The notes beneath the pieces are model-generated. The model saw nothing but the letters and a program-made list of their open reading frames with translations, did no database searches and was not told the origin of the DNA. The translations under genes and the position numbers were made by a program. Shown one piece after another: positions 1-9,476 of a stretch of 64,000 nt of DNA; the stretch's first letter is position 1, and the number at the start of each line of letters is the position of its first letter. Source of the DNA: Desulfatiglandales bacterium (lineage in GTDB: Bacteria; Desulfobacterota; DSM-4660; Desulfatiglandales; HGW-15); contig CAXXJJ010000004.1 of the NCBI GenBank assembly GCA_963667015.2, positions 3,136,001 to 3,200,000 of the forward strand, read 5' to 3'.

Positions 1-15
1 TCATTCGTCTCTATT

Positions 16-918
16 TTATTCTTCCATTGTTTTCTGATGTCCGCCCGGATCGGACCGGGCAAGCTCCCCGGCGCCAAAGATGACAGCCATTTCAATATGC
101 GGTCTTGAATAACTTTTCCATTTAAGGGGACCATGGTTGATTTTCATGGGTGCATATAACGCTGATGTCTTTTTGATCATAATAGGTTTTCCGTCAAGAA
201 ATATCTCTATTTCAGCACCAAGGTCTTCGGGATTATCCGGATCGGAGCCTATATGAAATACAAGCTCATTACTGTCATCGTGAACATGCTCCATTATATG
301 GGGATCCGGGTCTGGTATTCCCCATATCCAGCTGAACTCAAGATATGTATCTACCCCCGGAATCAGGTCATTGCTTATAAAGGTCATTGAGGGATGCATC
401 CTGTTTTTTGTCGGAGTAGGAGCCACAACCTCATATGCCGGCTTTCGGACAATGTATTTTTCAGGATCAGAGATATGCTTTATTTGAGTAGCCTTATCCG
501 CCTCCACCAGATTATCAAGATTTCCGGAGTTAATGGTTATTGTCATCTCCACATGGGGGGTTTGATAGCTTTTCCATATGGCCGGACCATGACTTACTCC
601 CCTGGGTACAAAAATTGAGGCAGCCCGGCTGAAAACCAGGGGTGTTCCGTCCAGGCAGAACTCAATCTCGGCCCCGAGATATTCCGGTTCTTTATAATCA
701 TTACCCCAGTAGAGTATTATCCTGTCACTGTCGCTTACCACTGACCTGTTTTCAGGAAGGGTTTCAGGCATTCCTGTTATCCATCGAATCTGTGCATGAT
801 AATGGAGACCGGGAAACTGTTTATCGCTCCCGTATATCAGGGCCTGCCCGTGGTTGATCCCTGGAAGGTCTTCTTTTATGGGAATGTCTATTAAATATTC
901 TGAAACATCTTCAATCAT
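16..918 (-). CDS. Tandem two-domain cupin-like hypothetical protein
   Basis: Two internal repeats ending LGAEIE..LDG...HGP; C-terminal copy has HVHDDSNE; GGAG RBS upstream; paralog at 29831-30274. Confidence 0.7.
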   Translation of the reverse strand: MIEDVSEYLIDIPIKEDLPGINHGQALIYGSDKQFPGLHYHAQIRWITGMPETLPENRSVVSDSDRIILYWGNDYKEPEYLGAEIEFCLDGTPLVFSRAASIFVPRGVSHGPAIWKSYQTPHVEMTITINSGNLDNLVEADKATQIKHISDPEKYIVRKPAYEVVAPTPTKNRMHPSMTFISNDLIPGVDTYLEFSWIWGIPDPDPHIMEHVHDDSNELVFHIGSDPDNPEDLGAEIEIFLDGKPIMIKKTSALYAPMKINHGPLKWKSYSRPHIEMAVIFGAGELARSDPGGHQKTMEE

Positions 919-968
919 TTGTTATCTCCTTAAAATGATCCAAACATAACCCGTTTCCGTGCAGCTCT

Positions 969-2183
969 TTAAATAAGGGCTTCAAGCACATTCACACATT
1001 CTTCAAATACAAAATCCCTGGGATTTCCTTCTCTTGCAAAATCATTTGCATACTGATGTTTTACTATGTGTGCGGCATCTTCCTTTTTTAGACCAAATCT
1101 CTCTCCAAGGTTTCCTGTTTCGATATCCAGGTCATCAAGCAGTATTTCAATCTCTTCAAACCATTTGTCAGATGCCTGAGACTTTGTAAGTCCCCAGGTA
1201 TCAACTCCCATTGCCTGGGCCATTTCTGCAAACCTGTCAGGACACGCTGACTGGTTATATCTTTCGGCCGGAATTGCCACTGCTGCATTTGCCAGGCCGT
1301 GATGCGCATTTGCCAGGACTGAAATACCATGGCCAAGACCATGGACAAGGCCGACACCGCCGCCGAAGTTCAGACCTATGCCCGCCATGGATGCAGCCCA
1401 TGCCATCGCCTCACATGAACCTGCCTTCATCCTGTTACGGCTGAATTCTCTCAGGTTTTCCGAAACCATCCTGATTACCTTTATCATTACTGCCTGATTA
1501 AATGGTGATGAAGGCCGTGCAATATAGGATTCAAAGGCATGAGAAAGAGCATCAAAGCCTGTCCACGCCGCAAGATCCTGGGACATCATCCTGATAAGGC
1601 AGGGGTCTACTAGTGCTTTTTTAGGTGCAAGCCCCGGCAGAAGAACAAGATGTTTCGCCGGGATGTTGGTATTTATTATTGCTGCGCAGAATGTACATTC
1701 CGCGCCTGTGCCGGCTGTTGTATTTACTGTTATCTGGGGGAGAGTGACAGGATTATATTTTCCCATCAACTCCATCCACGGGGGATCGATTGAGGCTACC
1801 ATGTCACAGATATACTGATCAGGATTTGCATGAAGCGCCCGGATTGCCTTTCCTGCATCATGGGAACTGCCGCCGCCCACACTTACTACACCGTCACATT
1901 CTGCCTCTGTAAACACCTTGAATCCAGCCGCCACTTCCTTATCCTTGGGATTGGATGTGACTCCATCGAACACCTCGGCTGCAACTCCATTTGAGATCAG
2001 TATCTGTTTGATCTCATCGACAATACCTGTTCCATTCAGGCCTGTTGTTACTATAAGGGCCTTTTTAATCCCGGCATTATGGCACTCGTTTGCTACTGTT
2101 TCATGGGCACCCCACCCAAGGGCTAATCCCGCAAAATCGTTTGTATAAGTTATCGGAAACTCAAATACCTGTTTGTTAATCAT
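969..2183 (-). CDS. Iron-containing alcohol dehydrogenase
   Basis: GGGSSHD, NTTAGTGAE, GFDALSHAFES, HGLGH and HHGLANA motifs; GGAGG RBS. Confidence 0.93.
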   Translation of the reverse strand: MINKQVFEFPITYTNDFAGLALGWGAHETVANECHNAGIKKALIVTTGLNGTGIVDEIKQILISNGVAAEVFDGVTSNPKDKEVAAGFKVFTEAECDGVVSVGGGSSHDAGKAIRALHANPDQYICDMVASIDPPWMELMGKYNPVTLPQITVNTTAGTGAECTFCAAIINTNIPAKHLVLLPGLAPKKALVDPCLIRMMSQDLAAWTGFDALSHAFESYIARPSSPFNQAVMIKVIRMVSENLREFSRNRMKAGSCEAMAWAASMAGIGLNFGGGVGLVHGLGHGISVLANAHHGLANAAVAIPAERYNQSACPDRFAEMAQAMGVDTWGLTKSQASDKWFEEIEILLDDLDIETGNLGERFGLKKEDAAHIVKHQYANDFAREGNPRDFVFEECVNVLEALI

Positions 2184-2238
2184 TACTGACCTCCTTAAAA
2201 CCTTCTAAATAAAATAACTTTGACACAATGTCATATAA

Positions 2239-2575
2239 TCAATATTCCAACATCCGGCCCATAAAGCACCCCAGAAACAAAAGGAAAATCATTATGGCTA
2301 TAATAACAGCCATCGGCGGAAGATTCAACGATGCAATAACCATGGACAGTTTCTGGGCAACCGATGAACTCCCGAAAACATATGTAAAAAAGGATGATCC
2401 CACAAGTATGATCATGATTGTTGCATTAAGTACAGCAGTCTGAACAATGGCCCTGTACAGCCCTTTCCATCTTAAATCAAAGAAAATGCGCGGCGACAAA
2501 AAGCACGATAAAGCACCCGACTCCCCAGGCCTCTGTGGGTGTGGCTATACAAAAATAGATCGACCCCAGTATCCT
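2239..2575 (-). pseudogene. TRAP transporter large permease (DctM) internal fragment, frameshifted
   Basis: Minus strand reads ILGSIYFCIATPTEAWGVG (TPTEA motif), shifts frame into the hydrophobic 2239-2499 ORF ending FLGCFM, then stops early. Confidence 0.8.
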
Positions 2576-2886
2576 GCATATATGCCCCATGCCACATCAG
2601 CCATCTCAATGGCCCCTACCCTGACCGCGTCAAAATATTCGGGGATACGGGCAAGGGATTCACCCGGAAAGACCTGGATTTTATATTGCCCGTTTACCCA
2701 TGCATTAAATCTCTTTGCAAGTTCTTCATATTTATAGGTGAGTGGATCACCTGCCGCTGCAGGTACCACGAGCCTTATTATCTTTGTTTTTCCGGCCATC
2801 GCCTTTGGTGTAGAAATAAAAAAATTACAGAAAAGCAGAAAGGAGATTAAAAACAGAATACAGGACAGAACTTTTTTTCTGATCAT
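2545..2886 (-). pseudogene. TRAP substrate-binding protein (DctP) N-terminal fragment
   Basis: Signal peptide, then YKIQVFPGESL..EYFDAVRVGAIEMA; only about 106 aa before the sequence becomes DctM-like. Confidence 0.8.
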
Positions 2887-3154
2887 AACTTACTCCCTTT
2901 AAAAGAAAGTCAAAGTTGACAGCCATAAAGATTTTTATCAGGTTAACTGGAAAAATCCTATGAAAAAGTTTGGCAGGAGCGATTCAATTTTTGGAACGGC
3001 CGCTTTACCGAACGTTCGGTTTTTGTATCCGATACCGGGTTCATTGTCAACTTTATTCCCCTGAAGAGCTGCCTGTAGACTTGCCAAATCCTTGTCATAA
3101 TTATTGATGAAGGTATCATAATTATCATCTCTGTAAATGACAGCAAGTCGAAAT

Positions 3155-3550
3155 TCATGGTTGAAGTGGCTGTTCTATTTTTTCCTTTGATTTTCTGGAT
3201 TTAATATAGTGAGTGGCATAAGATTTTTCGATATTTTCTTCACCTGTCTTTGAAAATCGAAGCCACACTTTTTTACCTTTTCCCCAGGATTTGTAACCGG
3301 TCCAGCTCGGTGAAAGATTGCCATTTATTGAATTGCTGCGAACAGACTTCATAATGGAATTAATTTTTCCAAGGTTAACTTTGATTACTTTTTCAAGATA
3401 TGGAATTCTTTTCATTCTCCAGTTTTCATAGTCCTTTGGATCAAGATAACCAAGTTTTATAAAAACATCGACAAAGCTTATGTATCCTTTTTCCTTTAAA
3501 AGTGCCGATGTTACTTCTCCAAGTTTTGTATGTAATTGTTTCCTATTCAT
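3155..3550 (-). CDS. Conserved basic hypothetical protein (131 aa)
   Basis: GYISFVDV..YENWR..RIPYLEKV..LRFSKTG..IEKSYATHY pattern; from memory resembles the N-terminal region of DUF2293-containing proteins. Confidence 0.65.
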   Translation of the reverse strand: MNRKQLHTKLGEVTSALLKEKGYISFVDVFIKLGYLDPKDYENWRMKRIPYLEKVIKVNLGKINSIMKSVRSNSINGNLSPSWTGYKSWGKGKKVWLRFSKTGEENIEKSYATHYIKSRKSKEKIEQPLQP

Positions 3551-3584
3551 TTTCCAAAAAATAAAACATTAACATTCTTATATT

Positions 3585-4730
3585 TCAGCGAAACAACCCT
3601 TCAGAAAGTTGATTGGTAAATGTGCGGAAAGGCATTACCTCTATGCCATCCTCTGTCTGCATGACCGGTCCATTCGGATAAACTATTATCCTGCGCTGAA
3701 CCCCTTTTAATTCTACAATAGCTCGCAGTCCTTTACACCAGGCCTGTGAGAAATTTTTCCCGGACTTCACTTCTACCGCAATAAACCGGTCACCTTTTAG
3801 AAGCAGAAAATCGACTTCAGTTTTTATGCCCGAGAAAGGAGACCAGTAATACATTTCATCAAAAACCTGTCTGTAATCCTTATACGCCCTGAGTACCTGG
3901 GCAACCAGCCCTTCGAATAAAGCACCCTTTTCCTCCGGACTCAAACTTCCTGTAGCCTTTTTCATGGATCGAACAATGCCCGGATCACACCAATACCATT
4001 TCGGGTGTTTTCTCTCCCTCAAACGTAATTTTGCTTCATAGGCCGGGAGCCTGAAACAAAGAAGAGTATCGACAAGGATATCGAGATAACCCATTATCGT
4101 TGTTCTGGCGACTTCAGCTTCCCGTGCTATATTAGATACGTTTACAGTCTGACCGTGAAACATGGCAGCTATAGGAAGAAAACGGGCAAACCCGGGCAGA
4201 TTCCTCACCAGGGCCTCGGCCTGGATCTCTTCTTTTAAGTACAATTGTGTATAGGCGGATAAGGTCTCTTTTTTTTCCAATGATTCGATAACAATGGGAA
4301 GTTGCCCGAACTCAAGTGCCTCTTCAAGATTAAATCGTTCTCCTAGCTCCTCAGGTACAAAGGGGTGCATTGCCTTTTGAATTGCCCTACCAGCCAATAG
4401 ATTAACACCTTCCTTCTTCAATTTTCTGGCGCTTGATCCGCATAAGGCAAATTTAAGCCGTCTGCTTTCTATAAAGCGATGGACCTCATTCAATAATCCA
4501 GGCAATCTTTGTATTTCATCGATTATTACCCACTGGTCTGATGGAATAGCCCGCAACTGATCGGCGAGGTGTCCCGGGGAAGCAAGCAGGTGATGATATG
4601 TTTCTTCGGATAATAGATCAATAACATGGGCACCAGGGAAATTTTCCCTAAGCCAGGTACTTTTTCCTGACCCACGAGGTCCCATAAGAAAAAAACTTTG
4701 TTTTGGTGGTTCAAGTATCCTTTTCAGCAT
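3585..4730 (-). CDS. AAA_14 ATPase with DUF4143 / PD-(D/E)XK-like C-terminal domain
   Basis: Walker A GPRGSGKS, Walker B IIDEIQ, GSSA, LAGRA, HTH-like NIAREAEVARTTIMGYL, C-terminal EVDF..AVEVKS. Confidence 0.9.
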   Translation of the reverse strand: MLKRILEPPKQSFFLMGPRGSGKSTWLRENFPGAHVIDLLSEETYHHLLASPGHLADQLRAIPSDQWVIIDEIQRLPGLLNEVHRFIESRRLKFALCGSSARKLKKEGVNLLAGRAIQKAMHPFVPEELGERFNLEEALEFGQLPIVIESLEKKETLSAYTQLYLKEEIQAEALVRNLPGFARFLPIAAMFHGQTVNVSNIAREAEVARTTIMGYLDILVDTLLCFRLPAYEAKLRLRERKHPKWYWCDPGIVRSMKKATGSLSPEEKGALFEGLVAQVLRAYKDYRQVFDEMYYWSPFSGIKTEVDFLLLKGDRFIAVEVKSGKNFSQAWCKGLRAIVELKGVQRRIIVYPNGPVMQTEDGIEVMPFRTFTNQLSEGLFR

Positions 4731-4734
4731 TTAT

Positions 4735-4783
4735 TGTATACCATGTTGTCATTTTTCCATGAAATATGACAACATGGTATACA
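4735..4783. repeat. Perfect 18-bp inverted repeat, 13-nt spacer
   Basis: TGTATACCATGTTGTCAT (4735-4752) and ATGACAACATGGTATACA (4766-4783). Confidence 0.95.
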
Positions 4784-4802
4784 TTTTTTTACTTTGTGTC
4801 AA
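4774..4802 (-). promoter_or_regulatory. Sigma70-type promoter of the ATPase gene
   Basis: TTGACA-N17-TACCAT on minus strand; the -10 box lies inside the palindrome arm. Confidence 0.7.
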
Positions 4803-4862
4803 GATTGTTAGAAGGAAAAGACAAAAGACATAGCATTATCCCATGCAAGGCTATTGAGAATT

Positions 4863-5918
4863 CTAATACATCGTATCTTCTATCTTACTTCTCTCATAAT
4901 CCGCCCATTTCACAATTTCTTTCATCATGAACGGTATTGGCAGGTTATATGGGCACCTGATAAGGCAGTCACCGCACTGAATACAGCTTTTGGCCCTTTC
5001 AAGAACATTTTCAAAATCAGGGGTTGTAAGTATCTGTTGCCCGTGTATCTTTACCATGTTTTTTATGCTCAATATCTTGTAGATAGGAATATTGACAGCG
5101 CATGGTTCACAGTAGCCGCATCTGTGGCAGAATTTACTGTCAAACTGCTTGTTCAGGGATACTATCTGCTGTTTCTCTTCATCCGAAAAACCAAAACTTC
5201 CCTCATGAACTGCCCAGTTTTTATCAACCTGCTCCTTTGTCTCCATTCCGGCTATTACCAGCAGATCAGGAAAGGAAAGTGCCCACCTGAGGGCCAGTTC
5301 GGGGATCCCGATCACCCCCCCTGCCAGGGGCTTCATGGTCATAATACCTGCCTTATTCTGCATGGCCTTTGGGATTACCGACCTGTATGCAACAGGCTCG
5401 ACAATATTGAAAGCAACCATAATTGTTTCAAAAAGATTGTCATCAGCCACCTTTTCCATTACATCCACGTTGTAACCCGATATACCCGCATGACCGATAA
5501 CACCCTCTTCCTTTGCCTTTAATAATCCCGCCAGCGCTCCGTCTTTAGCGGTTACACGTTTGTAATCCTCTTCGGAGGCAATAGAGTGGCAATGATAGAA
5601 ATCGATATAATCAAGCTGGAGCTCTTTAAGGCTTTTTTCTATCTCTTTTCTTATCCCATCCGCGGTACGAAGAATCGATTTACTGGAGACAGTTACCTTT
5701 TTATCGGTTTCTTTAAGGGCCTTTCCTATTCTTGCTTCGCTGGTAGAATAGTTTCTGGCTGTATCAATGAAGTCAATTCCCTTTTCAATGGCATATCGCA
5801 CGACATCAACTGCATCCTCCTCACTGACCCGCTGCAAAGGGATTCCTCCAAGGCCAAGCCGACAGACCTCAATTCCCGTATTGCCTATCATCATTTTATC
5901 CATAATACTTCCTTTCAT
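4863..5918 (-). CDS. Aldo/keto reductase with C-terminal 4Fe-4S dicluster
   Basis: IDTARNY, SLKELQLDYID, MKPLAGG; CHRCGYCEPC and CIQCGDCLIRCP. Confidence 0.92.
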   Translation of the reverse strand: MKGSIMDKMMIGNTGIEVCRLGLGGIPLQRVSEEDAVDVVRYAIEKGIDFIDTARNYSTSEARIGKALKETDKKVTVSSKSILRTADGIRKEIEKSLKELQLDYIDFYHCHSIASEEDYKRVTAKDGALAGLLKAKEEGVIGHAGISGYNVDVMEKVADDNLFETIMVAFNIVEPVAYRSVIPKAMQNKAGIMTMKPLAGGVIGIPELALRWALSFPDLLVIAGMETKEQVDKNWAVHEGSFGFSDEEKQQIVSLNKQFDSKFCHRCGYCEPCAVNIPIYKILSIKNMVKIHGQQILTTPDFENVLERAKSCIQCGDCLIRCPYNLPIPFMMKEIVKWADYERSKIEDTMY

Positions 5919-5951
5919 TAATAATTCCTGATTGAGAACTCAGCGTTTTCT

Positions 5952-6137
5952 TTATAACCTGAATAATATAATTGCTATTACTGCTACTGCAATTATAAAT
6001 ATTCCACCCGAAAAATATGTCATGCCAATGCCCTTAACCAGTGCATCCGGCGCTGCTGAAAACGAGGTATCATTCCCGGATATAAATGGTCCGGTTTTGA
6101 CAATCCGCTTAACAGCAAGTACAAAAAAATGACACAC
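5952..6137 (-). CDS. Small membrane protein, or C-terminal remnant of a transporter
   Basis: One C-terminal hydrophobic helix; weak GTG start. Confidence 0.3.
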   Translation of the reverse strand: MCHFFVLAVKRIVKTGPFISGNDTSFSAAPDALVKGIGMTYFSGGIFIIAVAVIAIILFRL

Positions 6138-6235
6138 TTATAAATCTCTTATACTTATAACTAAAAATCAGAATAACAAACCACGCTAAATCAGACAGTT
6201 ACCATGCCCGACTCGCTCTAAGATAATTAATTTGA

Positions 6236-6251
6236 TGGCATATTTCCTGCA
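6236..6251 (+). promoter_or_regulatory. Candidate sigma54 (-24/-12) promoter
   Basis: TGGCATATTTCCTGCA has GG-N10-GC spacing, about 130 nt upstream of the HDOD gene. Confidence 0.55.
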
Positions 6252-6381
6252 TATCATATTTTCTGGTCTTTACATTATCGGTCCAAAATATTGCTTTAAA
6301 ATGGATAGAGATCATAAAACAGGCGTAAAGCTAACATACTTCTACTAATAGCGGCTAATCTTTTCAAGGGGAAGCGCAGGA

Positions 6382-7248
6382 ATGCAAATCCATCAAAAAA
6401 TACAGGACATGATCCGGAATAAAAACACACAGCTTCCTACACTTCCTGTAATAGTTGAAAAAATTCTGTCCATGGCACGGGAAGATAACACATCTGCAAA
6501 GGATCTTGCAGAGACAATAAGTAAGGATCAGGCAATATCTAATAAAATACTGAGGCTTTCAAACTCCGCCTACTATGGAATGATGAAGGAAATCGATTCT
6601 ATTCCAAGGGCAATAACCATTATCGGTTTTAATGAGGTTGTAAGCCTTACAATCGGAATGAGTGTAATATCTGCCTTTAGCAATGGAAATAGTTCAGCCA
6701 GGGACTTTAATATGAAAGGTATGTGGATACACTCTCTGGGATGCGCATTTGCCGCCAGGAAATCAGCCAAAAAACTTGGGATTATACAGGCTGAACAGAT
6801 TTTCATCAGCGGCCTTCTGCATGATATGGGCAAGGTTATACTTGCTCTCTATTTTCCTGATGAGTATACAGCGGTATTTGACTACGTAAAAGAAAATGAA
6901 ACAAGTCTGTACAGGGGAGAAAAAAAAATACTGGGCATTGACCATGCAGTATTGTCCGGGTTGCTCATGGAGAGGTGGAATTTTCCTGACACTATACTGA
7001 TACCGGCCCAACATCATCATTCGGTTGATGAGTGTCCACCAAAATATCATCAACTGGCCCTTGTAATAGCCTTTTCAGATTATCTGAGCCATAAGGCTGA
7101 ATTTGGTGAAAGCTGGACAGATAAGATACCAGGAGGCCTGAAGATAAGAGATCCGCTTGGTCTGGAAAAAAATGATGTTGAAGAGATGATTGAAGAATTG
7201 AAGAGCAGCAGAGAAGAAATAGAGGCTTTTTTTGAGGTTATGAAATAA
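6382..7248 (+). CDS. HDOD domain protein
   Basis: LPTLP, ISKDQAIS..LRLSNSAYYG, WIHS, GLLHDMGK, DHA..WNFP. Confidence 0.93.
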   Translation: MQIHQKIQDMIRNKNTQLPTLPVIVEKILSMAREDNTSAKDLAETISKDQAISNKILRLSNSAYYGMMKEIDSIPRAITIIGFNEVVSLTIGMSVISAFSNGNSSARDFNMKGMWIHSLGCAFAARKSAKKLGIIQAEQIFISGLLHDMGKVILALYFPDEYTAVFDYVKENETSLYRGEKKILGIDHAVLSGLLMERWNFPDTILIPAQHHHSVDECPPKYHQLALVIAFSDYLSHKAEFGESWTDKIPGGLKIRDPLGLEKNDVEEMIEELKSSREEIEAFFEVMK

Positions 7249-7253
7249 GAAGG

Positions 7254-9365
7254 ATGGAAGTGTCTAAATTGGATCGACTGGAAAATGAAAACCAGATATT
7301 AAGAAAGCAGATAAAGGATACACAGGAGAGATATGAGTATAAAATATCCGAGTTATCTCTGCTTCACGAGCTGGGAAGAGCAATCATTAATGTTAATGAT
7401 TTTAAAAAATTATGTGAGCATATCCTTGATATAATTATCCGGAACACAATTGCCACGAACTGCTCGATAATGTTTCTGGACAGAAAAAAAGATAGCCTGT
7501 ATCTTGTCTGTGCTACAAATTTTAATAAACAAACCTATGTTATTGATCCTAAAAATGTATTTTCAAAGGATGGGGTTATATACATCCCCGGTGCGGATAC
7601 CGGTGCTGCCGGCAGTGCCTTGAGGGACAATAAACCGGTATTGATAAAAGACACTGAAGATTCGAACCTCTTTTCGAGTGATCCCACTACAAAGGTTGAA
7701 ATAAAAAGCCTCCTTTCCATACCATTTGAAATGGAAGAGAGGGTAAAAGGGGTCATAAATCTGAGTCATTCGGAACCGGGCATCTTTAATGAAAGAGATA
7801 TAAATCTGTTCAGGATAATAGCGGATTATGCGGGCTGCGCCCTTTATTCCTCTCTGAACTATAATAAAATAATGAACAGCGAGAAGAACTATCGTGCCCT
7901 TGCAGAATACAGCACCAACGGTATTGCAATACTCCAGAATGATCTTCATATCTATGCAAATCCCAGATACCAGGAGCTGACAGGATACTCCTTTCCGGAA
8001 CTCAGGAAATTCCAGATTGAAAAACTGCTTGATTTCTCCTTTCAGCAGGCAAACCTTAAATCTATACTGGAATATCTCAAGGTTCATACATGCAACGAAA
8101 TGTTCAATGCACGAATAATAAAAAAAAATGGATCATTGTTTGATGTAGAGATAAGCGTATCCTCCATCCTGTACTACGGGAGGAGAACCCTTGTTATCTC
8201 AATGCTGGACATTTCGGACAGAAAGATACTTGAGAGGCAACTCATTCATGCCCAGAAGATGCAGTCAATGGGTACCCTTGCCGGAGGTATCGCACACAAT
8301 TTTAATAACCTTCTTATGGGCATACAGGGAAACGCTTCCCTTGCGCTCCTTGATATGGAAGAGAATCACCCGCTTTTTAAAAATCTTACCAATATAGAAA
8401 AACTGGTTAAAAATGGTTCAAATCTGACAAGTCAGCTTCTTGGTTATGCCAGAGAAGGTAAGTTTGAAATAAAGCCGATTGATATCAACCTTATAGTTAA
8501 AGAAACCTCGGAGACCTTCGGAGCAGCAAGAAAGGATATTGAAATTATACTGGATATTGCCGACGACCTGTTCAGTGTAAAGGCAGATCAGGGGCAGATA
8601 GAGCAGACTCTGCTGAATCTCTTTGTTAATGCCGCAGATGCAATGCCTGAAGGCGGAACCCTGGCAATTACTACATCAAATGTAACAGAAAAAGATATTG
8701 GTGATAAGCCCTACCGGGCAAAACCGGGCAATTATGCCCTTATTACCGTCAGGGATACGGGTCTTGGAATTGATTCCCGGATAATTGACAGGGTGTTTGA
8801 GCCTTTTTTTACAACAAAAGGGCTTGCCAGGGGAACCGGACTGGGCCTGGCCTCGGCCTACGGGATCATCAAAGGACATGGGGGGTATATTGATGTTACA
8901 TCAACTAAGGACAAGGAAACTACTTTTAGTATTTATCTGCCGTCAACACAGGAATCCATAGCAAAGGAAGAAGAAATGACTGATGAATTACAGATGGGAA
9001 CAGGAACAATTCTTCTTGTCGACGATGAGGAAATAATTATATATGCGGGAGAACAGATGCTCCGCAAACTTGGATATAATGTTATCATTGCAGAAAGCGG
9101 GAAAGAGGCCCTTGAAATATTCAGTAAAGATCATGAGAATATTGATCTTATATTATTGGATATGGTCATGCCCGGTATGGGAGGAGGAGAGGCCTATGAC
9201 AAAATTAAAGAGATAGACAAAAATGTCAGGGTACTGCTTTCAAGCGGATACAGCCTGGACGGCCAGGCCCAGGAAATTATGGATAAGGGGTGTAGCGGGT
9301 TTATACAAAAACCCTTTACCCTTAAGAACCTTTCACAAAAGGTAAAAGAGGTCCTTACTAATTAA
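7254..9365 (+). CDS. Hybrid sensor histidine kinase (GAF-PAS-HisKA-HATPase-REC)
   Basis: H-box GIAHNFNNLL, N-box NLFVNAADAM, DTGLG, PFFTTK..GTGLGL, receiver VDDE..LLDMVMP..KPF. Confidence 0.95.
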   Translation: MEVSKLDRLENENQILRKQIKDTQERYEYKISELSLLHELGRAIINVNDFKKLCEHILDIIIRNTIATNCSIMFLDRKKDSLYLVCATNFNKQTYVIDPKNVFSKDGVIYIPGADTGAAGSALRDNKPVLIKDTEDSNLFSSDPTTKVEIKSLLSIPFEMEERVKGVINLSHSEPGIFNERDINLFRIIADYAGCALYSSLNYNKIMNSEKNYRALAEYSTNGIAILQNDLHIYANPRYQELTGYSFPELRKFQIEKLLDFSFQQANLKSILEYLKVHTCNEMFNARIIKKNGSLFDVEISVSSILYYGRRTLVISMLDISDRKILERQLIHAQKMQSMGTLAGGIAHNFNNLLMGIQGNASLALLDMEENHPLFKNLTNIEKLVKNGSNLTSQLLGYAREGKFEIKPIDINLIVKETSETFGAARKDIEIILDIADDLFSVKADQGQIEQTLLNLFVNAADAMPEGGTLAITTSNVTEKDIGDKPYRAKPGNYALITVRDTGLGIDSRIIDRVFEPFFTTKGLARGTGLGLASAYGIIKGHGGYIDVTSTKDKETTFSIYLPSTQESIAKEEEMTDELQMGTGTILLVDDEEIIIYAGEQMLRKLGYNVIIAESGKEALEIFSKDHENIDLILLDMVMPGMGGGEAYDKIKEIDKNVRVLLSSGYSLDGQAQEIMDKGCSGFIQKPFTLKNLSQKVKEVLTN

Positions 9366-9476
9366 TCAATTTAGGCAGGCAGGGCCTTTTTTATCAGGCC
9401 TGAGGCGCCAGGAACAATGTCTTCTTCCTTCAAACAGAATCCGTTTCAGAAAACCTGATACAATAATATTTTGCTG

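Noticed and set aside
2940..3158. 66-aa ORF and an alternative open frame (EFRLAVIYRDDNY..) downstream of the 131-aa gene
   Set aside because: No recognisable family or credible start; may be a gene remnant but cannot be supported
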